From Bacillota bacterium (GTDB taxonomy: Bacteria > Bacillota > Clostridia > Acetivibrionales > DTU013): DNA of 64,000 nucleotides. The notes under the pieces are model-generated. The model ran no database searches, was not told where the DNA came from, and saw only the letters and a program-made list of their open reading frames with translations. This document shows, in pieces, positions 1 through 7,176 of the stretch. The translations under genes were made by a program, and so were the position numbers. The stretch lies in contig JAEZCA010000068.1 of assembly GCA_023412665.1 (NCBI GenBank), positions 3,651 to 67,650 on the forward strand, given 5' to 3'. The first letter of the stretch is position 1, and each line of letters begins with the position of its first letter.

Positions 1-161
1 AATTGTTTGGCGATACGCTCCCGAAAAAAAGACTCATAACAGCAGAAATCCGTCTACTTATTATCCTCAAAAACAACTGATATACTTGTTTAACAGGGAA
101 GGATAATTTGACGCCTACAACACTGCAAATTAAATTATGAAAATTGGGGGATATAATTGAC

Positions 162-1121
162 ATGAATGTAAAGAAGAAAATATGCACATTGTTGATTGCC
201 GCTGTCTGTATGACGGCAATATCGGGCTGTGGAAACGGACAGAAAGAGACACCTGTTTCAGACGCTGAATCGGTGCCGGCAGAACAAATTTCATCTGCAG
301 CAGAGACTGCCGGATCAGACGCAACAACAGTGACACCGGATAGTTTACCGACAAATGAAACTGATAAGGGTGCGGCTCCCGATGGGAAAATCGAAACATC
401 TGCGTCCGAGGATCCAAAGGATGAACTGCAATGGGATACGGAAACACTGAAAAATGAGACGGGAAAGACTTTGATAAGGTGTATAGGCAATCAAAGAGGA
501 GGCGACGGACATGTCAGCTTTGGAATAGTTTCCGCAAGGGGGACTACAATACTGGCGGATCCTATTTATTCGACCAAAGACAGAGGATATATAAAGACTG
601 ATATCATTACTGTATCGCATACTCACAGTGATCATTACAATCAAAAGCTGCAAACTAAAATGAAGGATTATGCGAGGCTTTCCTATTTTACTCCCGAGAG
701 CTTCACCGTGGAAGACGTGAATGTTATAGGAGTTACTGCATCACATTCATCGGATCCGATCAATGAATCGCGGCCGAGCAACGTGATATATGTCTATGAA
801 CTTGATGGTATCAGGATAGCCCACATGGGGGATATGGGACAGGATGAGCTTACTGCGGAGCAGCTTGAGAAGCTGGGACAGCTGGATATCATTTTCACTG
901 TAATCACCAACGCACCAAATTTCGGTTCATCAACAGAGAAGAACATAAAAATCATACAGCAGTTGAATCCAAGAATCGTAGTCCCAACACACTACTCGCA
1001 GGATGTGATTGCAGAAACGATAAAGGCTCTGGAGGTCAAAGAGTGTGAGAGTGCTACCGAACTGGTAATCAGCAAGGATGAGCTGAAGGATATGACAATG
1101 AGGTTCATCATTGTAGAATAA
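162..1121 (+). CDS. MBL-fold metallo-hydrolase, predicted lipoprotein
   Basis: ORF 144..1121. Preferred ATG at 162 with a GGGGGA Shine-Dalgarno about 9 nt upstream. N-terminus MNVKKKICTLLIAAVCMTAISGC is a signal peptide plus lipobox. HTHSDH matches the HxHxDH zinc motif. Confidence 0.8.
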   Translation: MNVKKKICTLLIAAVCMTAISGCGNGQKETPVSDAESVPAEQISSAAETAGSDATTVTPDSLPTNETDKGAAPDGKIETSASEDPKDELQWDTETLKNETGKTLIRCIGNQRGGDGHVSFGIVSARGTTILADPIYSTKDRGYIKTDIITVSHTHSDHYNQKLQTKMKDYARLSYFTPESFTVEDVNVIGVTASHSSDPINESRPSNVIYVYELDGIRIAHMGDMGQDELTAEQLEKLGQLDIIFTVITNAPNFGSSTEKNIKIIQQLNPRIVVPTHYSQDVIAETIKALEVKECESATELVISKDELKDMTMRFIIVE

Positions 1122-1126
1122 AAAGT

Positions 1127-1155
1127 GGGACGTCTTATGCAATATCAGACGTCCC
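1127..1155 (+). terminator. Stem-loop after the MBL hydrolase gene (weak T tract)
   Basis: GGGACGTCT (1127-1135) pairs with AGACGTCCC (1147-1155). No clear U-run follows. Confidence 0.35.
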
Positions 1156-1180
1156 TGCCCTTCATCGGGATATAAATCAA

Positions 1181-1189
1181 TTATCCACA
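1181..1189 (+). promoter_or_regulatory. Single perfect DnaA-box 9-mer TTATCCACA
   Basis: Exact consensus 9-mer about 90 nt upstream of the MBOAT start. An isolated box could be chance. Confidence 0.3.
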
Positions 1190-1278
1190 GCCCCAGTTGA
1201 TGAAAAACGCATTATATGTTAGAATTACAGCGTTCTGAGTATTTTGACCGGCACTTGAAGGGAAGCAAAAAAGCATAT

Positions 1279-2700
1279 ATGATTTTTTCATCATACACAT
1301 TCATTTTTATATTTTTACCGATAGTATTTACAGTCTACTATCTTGCCCAGAGATTTTTGGGGGACAAGCCGGCAAAGCTGTGGCTGGTTGGAGCGTCGCT
1401 GTATTTTTATGCTCATGGGAGCCTTGTTTTCTTACCGATCCTGGCAGGTACCGTTCTATTCAACTTTATCATCGTCAAGCTGATGAGAAGGTACAGCAGC
1501 AGGCCGGTGCTCCGAAAGCTGCTGATGTTGCTGGCAGCCCTGGAGAATCTCGGATTGCTGTTTTATTTCAAGTACATGAATTTCTTCCTTCAGAATGTCA
1601 ATTACATAACCGGCAGAGATCAGGTCCTGCTTAAAATAATACTGCCTATAGGCATTTCCTTTTATACCTTTCAGATATTGTCCCATGTTATTGACACCTA
1701 CAGAGGGGAGGGCGAGGACAGCACCTTTCTGGAGTTTTCACTGTTTGTGACATTCTTTCCCCAGCTTATCGTGGGGCCGATAATCCGGCATGATGATATG
1801 CTGGAGCAGATACGCTCCGAAAAAATCCGACGCCTTGATGCCGGCAATATTATGAAGGGTATAACACTTTTCTCAATAGGCTGTGCAAAAAAGATACTGA
1901 TAGCGGACACACTGATATCTCACGCGCAAAACTTTTATAATGTAATGGGAAACGGCAATTTCTTTGAGGCCTGGGGGGCGGTTCTGGCCTATACCTTCGC
2001 CTATTATTTTGATTTCTCGGGATATGTGGATATGGCCCTGGGACTTGGCCTGTTTTTCAATATCAGGCTGCCGGAGAATTTCAATTCACCATATAAGGCG
2101 CGTAATTTTGCTGATTTCTGGAGAAGGTGGAACATCAGTGTTTCGACCTTTTTCAATGATTATGTTTTCAGAAGGATATTCAAATTTGGAAACGGTATAC
2201 CAAAGCTGATACTGGCCACACTCGTGACATTTATTGTATCCGGCCTGTGGCATGGTGCCAGCTGGCATTATGTATTCTGGGGACTGGCAAATGGGATACT
2301 GGTCTGCTTCGCCAATATTATGACTCTGAAGCGGAAGAAGCTGCCGTTTTTTCCGGCGTGGGCTCTTACATTTTTCTTTGTGCTGCTGACCAGGGTGCTT
2401 TTTGATGCAAACGGTATGACCCAGGCAATAAATGTTTACAGGACAATGCTTGATATAAGGCCAGCGATAACGGGTTTTGCCGCCTTCCTTGGGATGGGTC
2501 TGACTTATGTGAAGGACAATTGGCTTGTGACCGCCCTTGTAATAATCGGCGCGTGCATCAGCTTTTTTGCGCCTAACAGCCGGGAGATGCTGGAGGACAG
2601 GGAGCCAAGATGGTATCATGCTGCTTTCAGTGGGGTGTTGATAACTCTGTCGCTGTTTTTTATGGGAGGTGTGTCAAACTTCCTGTACTTTCAGTTCTGA
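1279..2700 (+). CDS. MBOAT-family membrane O-acyltransferase (AlgI/DltB/PatA-like)
   Basis: ORF 1216..2700. Likely ATG at 1279 (MIFSSYTF...). Polytopic hydrophobic protein. LWHGASWHYVFWG contains the conserved MBOAT His motif. Size is AlgI-like, about 470 aa. Confidence 0.85.
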   Translation: MIFSSYTFIFIFLPIVFTVYYLAQRFLGDKPAKLWLVGASLYFYAHGSLVFLPILAGTVLFNFIIVKLMRRYSSRPVLRKLLMLLAALENLGLLFYFKYMNFFLQNVNYITGRDQVLLKIILPIGISFYTFQILSHVIDTYRGEGEDSTFLEFSLFVTFFPQLIVGPIIRHDDMLEQIRSEKIRRLDAGNIMKGITLFSIGCAKKILIADTLISHAQNFYNVMGNGNFFEAWGAVLAYTFAYYFDFSGYVDMALGLGLFFNIRLPENFNSPYKARNFADFWRRWNISVSTFFNDYVFRRIFKFGNGIPKLILATLVTFIVSGLWHGASWHYVFWGLANGILVCFANIMTLKRKKLPFFPAWALTFFFVLLTRVLFDANGMTQAINVYRTMLDIRPAITGFAAFLGMGLTYVKDNWLVTALVIIGACISFFAPNSREMLEDREPRWYHAAFSGVLITLSLFFMGGVSNFLYFQF

Positions 2701-2792
2701 CGGCTGGAAAACAGGATGTTGAGAGCTCAGACAGGCTGATACAGTCGGAATGAGCAGAATCGGAAAATATTTGCGGAGAGGGTCCAGGGACA

Positions 2793-4730
2793 GTGGAGAA
2801 GAAGCAGGCTATAAGTTTTAAAAAATGGATCGCAGTTTTTATAGTAACAGTTGTTGTTATAGGTGCTTTGATATGTGGACTCAATGCGCTTGTCGACCCC
2901 TTTGGCATTTTCGGGGATGTTGCTTTTAACTGGTATGCATATGATATGACACAGAATCCCAGAGCCGCTAAGATAGCATATCTCGATAAGAACTACGAAA
3001 AGTATGACTCGTACATCATAGGTTGTTCAAAGACAGGATCATATTCGACCGAAGCGCTGAACAAGTATTACGGCGGTGCCAGCTTCTACAATATGCTTAT
3101 GTATGGCGGGGACATGTACGATATCGAGCTGACCGCCAAATATATACTGGAAAACTATAATGTAAAAAACATAGTGATAAATATGGGGCTTGAGGAAACG
3201 GTAAGGTATGACACACAGGCTGATGAAATGAAGAGCAACCTCCATGCAAAGGTTGACGGTTCGTGGCAGCCGGCATACTATGGAAAATATCTTTTTGCAA
3301 ACCCATCCTATGCATTTTCCAAAATAGCGGCCTGGTACATGGACGGTTACCTTGTGAATGAAAATGATGTATTTCTACCCGAATCAGGGGCCTATGACAA
3401 GTCTGTCAGAGATGTGGAGCATGTGGGCAGTCTTAACGATTTTCTGACAGAGTATCCGAGCTTTAAAACCGTTCTGAAAAAAGAAAAACTTGACGCAAAG
3501 GACAAGTGCCTTGATTCTGTCCGGCGGATAAAGGAGATGTGTGATGAAAAAGGTGTCTCCTTCAGGATGATAATATCACCGATATTCCACACCGAAATGG
3601 ATATTTATGATAAAGTCCAGCTGGAGGAGTTCTTGACGGGGCTTTCACAGATAACTGATTACTGGGACTTTTCAGGATATACTTCTGTAAGCTTTGAGCC
3701 AAGGTACTTTTATGATACCTACCACTTCAGGAATGCGGTAGGGAATATGGTGCTGGCCAAAGTATTTGGTGATGAAAGCATATATTTTCCTGCGGATATC
3801 GGTCGGCATGTAACTGCGGATAATATCTCAGAGCATATATCTTCTTACTTTGGAAGCGCTGCTGCCGACGAAAACGGGGGAGGCGGCGTGAACAGCGACA
3901 GCGGAAGCAATAGTACCGACAATGTGAAAAACAGTGCTTCTCAAACGGCGGCATACAGTTGCAATGTTCCGGTCCTTATGTATCACCACTTGGACAGTGC
4001 AGCGACAAATGATGCCATTATGACTCCTGAGAGGTTCGAGGAACACATGGCTGCTCTCTCGGATGCCGGTTACTCAGCGATTTCCCTAACTCAGCTTCTC
4101 GATTATGTGGACAAAGGCCTGGAAATGCCGGAAAACCCTGTGCTGATCACTTTTGACGACGGCTATGCAAGCAATTATGAATTGGCATATCCGATTCTGG
4201 AGAAGTATAATATGAAGGCAGTGATAAATGTTATAGGAGTCACAACTGGAAAGGATAGCTACAAGGATACGGGCGCCGCTATAATACCGCATTTCACATA
4301 TGAGGAGGCCCGGGAGATGGCTGAAAGCGGTGTCATTGAGATACAGAGCCACAGCTTTGATATGCATAACACCGAGGCACTCGATGAAGATTACAGGCAG
4401 GGTGTGTATAAAAAAGCCGGAGAGACCGATGAAGAATATATAGAAGCCTTCTGCAGCGATTTTAAGAGATCGGAAAAGGAAATATTAGATAATACAGGCA
4501 ACAGGGTCATATCATACGCATATCCCAATGGCTTTTATACAACTTTGAGCGAGGTTCTTCTCAGCAGGATGGGTGTCAGGATAACGATGACTGTGGAGGA
4601 AGGCATGAACACGGTTATCAAAGGTTTGCCCCAAAGTCTGAGGGCAATGAAGCGCTACCGGGTGCATGAAGGCATCTCCGGCGAAAAGCTCGTAGAGCGT
4701 TTGAAGAAGGACAGCCAAAATGCAGGATAG
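2793..4730 (+). CDS. Membrane-anchored DltD-like (SGNH-type) domain fused to a CE4/NodB polysaccharide deacetylase domain
   Basis: GTG start. N-terminal TM helix WIAVFIVTVVVIGALICGLNALV. IIGCSKTGS aligns with DltD GSSE, and FYDTYHFRN aligns with DltD DTIH (DxxH). A Gly/Ser linker (GGGGVNSDSGSNS) follows. The CE4 half has VPVLMYHH, ITFDDGY, QSHSFDMH and YAYPNG motifs. Confidence 0.75.
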   Translation: MEKKQAISFKKWIAVFIVTVVVIGALICGLNALVDPFGIFGDVAFNWYAYDMTQNPRAAKIAYLDKNYEKYDSYIIGCSKTGSYSTEALNKYYGGASFYNMLMYGGDMYDIELTAKYILENYNVKNIVINMGLEETVRYDTQADEMKSNLHAKVDGSWQPAYYGKYLFANPSYAFSKIAAWYMDGYLVNENDVFLPESGAYDKSVRDVEHVGSLNDFLTEYPSFKTVLKKEKLDAKDKCLDSVRRIKEMCDEKGVSFRMIISPIFHTEMDIYDKVQLEEFLTGLSQITDYWDFSGYTSVSFEPRYFYDTYHFRNAVGNMVLAKVFGDESIYFPADIGRHVTADNISEHISSYFGSAAADENGGGGVNSDSGSNSTDNVKNSASQTAAYSCNVPVLMYHHLDSAATNDAIMTPERFEEHMAALSDAGYSAISLTQLLDYVDKGLEMPENPVLITFDDGYASNYELAYPILEKYNMKAVINVIGVTTGKDSYKDTGAAIIPHFTYEEAREMAESGVIEIQSHSFDMHNTEALDEDYRQGVYKKAGETDEEYIEAFCSDFKRSEKEILDNTGNRVISYAYPNGFYTTLSEVLLSRMGVRITMTVEEGMNTVIKGLPQSLRAMKRYRVHEGISGEKLVERLKKDSQNAG

Positions 4731-4854
4731 TTGATAGGGCCGGGTATGGGAGTAATACAGATATAGCAGGATAGCCGGAATAAGGTATGATACAGAGGTG
4801 TATCGTAAAAAGCAGGACAGTATGCTCGAAGTGTAGAGAGAAGGGATGATATCT

Positions 4855-5091
4855 ATGGATACAAGAGAAAGAATAATGGAGTTCTTTAAAGGCCGCAGCA
4901 GGGCTGATGACCTGAAATATGATACGGACCTGTTCAAGGGAGGCTTTATCAATTCGCTGTTTGCACTTGAAATGGTGGTATTTCTTGAAGATACCTTCAA
5001 AATAAAGATAAAGAACAAGGAAATAAACGAAAAAAACTTCAGGACTGTTGACAGTATTGCGGAAGTTGTGGAAAGAGCGAAACAAAAATAG
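4855..5091 (+). CDS. Stand-alone acyl/peptidyl carrier protein (DltC/ACP-like)
   Basis: ORF 4846..5091. ATG 4855 is better spaced from the GAGAGAAGGG Shine-Dalgarno. About 80 aa and acidic. GGFINSLFALEMVVFLED places a Ser at the DSL phosphopantetheine site followed by helix II. Confidence 0.75.
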   Translation: MDTRERIMEFFKGRSRADDLKYDTDLFKGGFINSLFALEMVVFLEDTFKIKIKNKEINEKNFRTVDSIAEVVERAKQK

Positions 5092-5109
5092 CAATCGAGG
5101 GAGATACCA

Positions 5110-6150
5110 ATGTCAAAGAAAATAAAATGCCTGGTTTGGGATCTGGACAACACGCTATGGAACGGCATACTTCTGGAGGATGGCAATGTCTCGCTCAAGG
5201 AAGGCATTATTGACATACTCCAAGAGCTGGACAGACGTGGTATATTGCTTTCGATTTCCAGCAAAAATGACCATGATGATACTATGAAAAAGCTGCGAGA
5301 GCTTGGAATAGAGGAGTATTTCATTTACCCTCAGATCGGCTGGAGCAACAAGGCTGACGCAATAAAGGAAATAGCTTCTGCCCTCAATATCAGTCTTGAT
5401 ACTTTTGCATTTATTGATGACCAGCCTTCAGAGCGCGAAGAAGTAGCATTTATGCTGCCTCAGGTTATGACCCTTGATGCAGCGGACTATAAGAGCCTTC
5501 CGGATATGGAAAGGCTAACGCCCAAATTTGTCACAGAGGATTCCAGGATGCGCAGAAAGATGTACCAGGCCGACCTTGAGCGCAAAAACGTGGAGAAAGA
5601 CTTCAAGGGCTCCAGTGAGGAGTTTCTTGCATCTCTTGGGATGGAGCTTACCGTGGCTCCTGTGGCAAAGGGAGATCTGGAGCGGGTCGAGGAGCTGACC
5701 ATACGCACAAATCAGCTGAATTCCACCGGCGTGACATACAGCTTTGAGGAACTGGAAGGGTTTATTTCATCGCCATCCCATGTTTTCCTTATTGCCGAGC
5801 TTAATGACAAATTCGGTTCATACGGCAAGATTGGGCTCGTCCTGCTGGAGGAGGCGGGAGACGAGCTGTGGATAAGGCTGTTGCTCATGTCCTGTAGAGT
5901 GATGACCAGAGGGATAGGTTCTGCTTTGCTTGTGCATATAGTTAAGCTTGCTGAAAGCAGAGGAAAAAGACTTGTTGCTGATTTTGTCGATACGGGCAGG
6001 AACAGGGTCATGTATATCACATATAAGCTGATGGGCTTTGAGGAAGCTGAGACTGACGACAGCTCTGAACAGGACAATCGCAGCGTGCTTGAGTACAGGG
6101 GCGGCAGCGACAGGGAATATCCGCCATATCTTAAGCTCATACTTAATTAA
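5110..6150 (+). CDS. HAD-IIIC / FkbH-like enzyme with GNAT-like C-terminal half
   Basis: GAGGGAG Shine-Dalgarno; starts 18 nt after the ACP stop. VWDLDNTLW is HAD motif I (DxDxT). SISSKN and FIDDQ are HAD motifs II and IV. C-terminal LLLMSCRVMTRGIG resembles the FkbH-family Cys (SCR) region, recalled from memory. Confidence 0.7.
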   Translation: MSKKIKCLVWDLDNTLWNGILLEDGNVSLKEGIIDILQELDRRGILLSISSKNDHDDTMKKLRELGIEEYFIYPQIGWSNKADAIKEIASALNISLDTFAFIDDQPSEREEVAFMLPQVMTLDAADYKSLPDMERLTPKFVTEDSRMRRKMYQADLERKNVEKDFKGSSEEFLASLGMELTVAPVAKGDLERVEELTIRTNQLNSTGVTYSFEELEGFISSPSHVFLIAELNDKFGSYGKIGLVLLEEAGDELWIRLLLMSCRVMTRGIGSALLVHIVKLAESRGKRLVADFVDTGRNRVMYITYKLMGFEEAETDDSSEQDNRSVLEYRGGSDREYPPYLKLILN

Positions 6151-6307
6151 GAGTATTTTGCTTTCCCAGAGGAGGCGGGATTATCCGGACCTTCTTAATT
6201 ATCCGGAAAGTTTCCGACAGGCCAGACAGTTGAATGGTTGATTGGGATGGGGATCGGGAGTCTGGAGCAACCCTTGCTACCTGGAAGATAAGTGTGAAGC
6301 ATAATAA

Positions 6308-6326
6308 TTTATCGAAAAACGATAAA
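6308..6326. promoter_or_regulatory. Perfect 7-bp inverted repeat TTTATCG-N5-CGATAAA just upstream of a promoter
   Basis: Read directly from the sequence. Lies 7 nt upstream of the putative -35 for the DUF2975/HTH genes. Candidate operator. Confidence 0.35.
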
Positions 6327-6332
6327 AATATA

Positions 6333-6361
6333 TTGATAAATAATAAAAACCATTGTATACT
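6333..6361 (+). promoter_or_regulatory. Sigma-A-like promoter (TTGATA-N17-TATACT)
   Basis: TTGATA at 6333-6338, 17-nt spacer, TATACT at 6356-6361. About 30 nt upstream of the 6394 start. Confidence 0.4.
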
Positions 6362-6393
6362 ATCCTTATGAATGAAAAGGGTGGTATTTTTTT

Positions 6394-6855
6394 ATGAAAA
6401 TACTTGATCGCAAGGGCCTCTCAGGGATTATACAGCGATTTGTGGAGTTGATACTGATTGGCGGTATATTGATAATACTTGGACTGCCGTTTGTGCTGAA
6501 ATGGTACATGAGCTTGCTTAACGGCAATACGACTGAGCTGTATGCTTTCCTGCTTCCGTTTCTTTATATCACAGGGATTTCAGCTGCCATGATAGTCTAT
6601 GAGCTTCGAAAAATATTCATAACGCTAAACCGCATGGATCCTTTTAGAATGGACAATGTAAAAAGCTTCAGGATAATGGCGATATGCTGTTTTATCGTAG
6701 CAGCTGCTTATATAGTCAAAATTTTTACTTTCAACTCGTTTCTTACAATTATTCTTTTCATGGTATTTGTAATTGGCGGATTCATGCTGCTTATTGTGTC
6801 TGAGGTATTCAGACAGGCGGTTATTGTAAAAGAAGAGAATGACTTAACGATATAG
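6394..6855 (+). CDS. DUF2975-like four-TM membrane protein
   Basis: Small polytopic protein directly upstream of a YozG-type HTH gene. This pairing is typical for DUF2975. Confidence 0.6.
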   Translation: MKILDRKGLSGIIQRFVELILIGGILIILGLPFVLKWYMSLLNGNTTELYAFLLPFLYITGISAAMIVYELRKIFITLNRMDPFRMDNVKSFRIMAICCFIVAAAYIVKIFTFNSFLTIILFMVFVIGGFMLLIVSEVFRQAVIVKEENDLTI

Positions 6856-6930
6856 CCAAGGCAGAAAGAGCAGCTTTGCCGTAATGACAGCCGCGGTTGA
6901 TTTGCAGGAAAGGGAGTAACAGGTGGATAA

Positions 6931-7143
6931 ATGGGTATCAGAATAAATCTGGATGTTATGATGGCCAAGCGCAAGATCGGTTTGACAGAGCTTGCCTCAA
7001 AGGTAGATTTAACGTTGGCCAATTTGTCAATATTGAAAAATAACAAGGCCAGAGCTGTCAGGTTTTCTACACTTGAAGGCCTGTGCAAGGCATTGGATTG
7101 TCAGCCGGGAGATATACTCGAGTATGAGCCGGAGGACAATTGA
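6931..7143 (+). CDS. XRE-family HTH transcriptional regulator (YozG-like)
   Basis: 70 aa. LDVMMAKRKIGLTELASKVDLTLANLSILKNNKARAVRFSTLEGLCKALDCQPGDIL is the characteristic short Cro/C1-type HTH. Confidence 0.85.
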   Translation: MGIRINLDVMMAKRKIGLTELASKVDLTLANLSILKNNKARAVRFSTLEGLCKALDCQPGDILEYEPEDN

Positions 7144-7176
7144 GACAGATATTCATGATTGCAAGGAGGGCTGGAA

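Noticed and set aside
4512-5324. 270-aa minus-strand ORF spanning the ACP and FkbH-like genes
   Set aside because: Ser/Ile/Leu-rich low-complexity sequence that crosses two well-supported plus-strand genes and their intergenic Shine-Dalgarno. No motif recognised.
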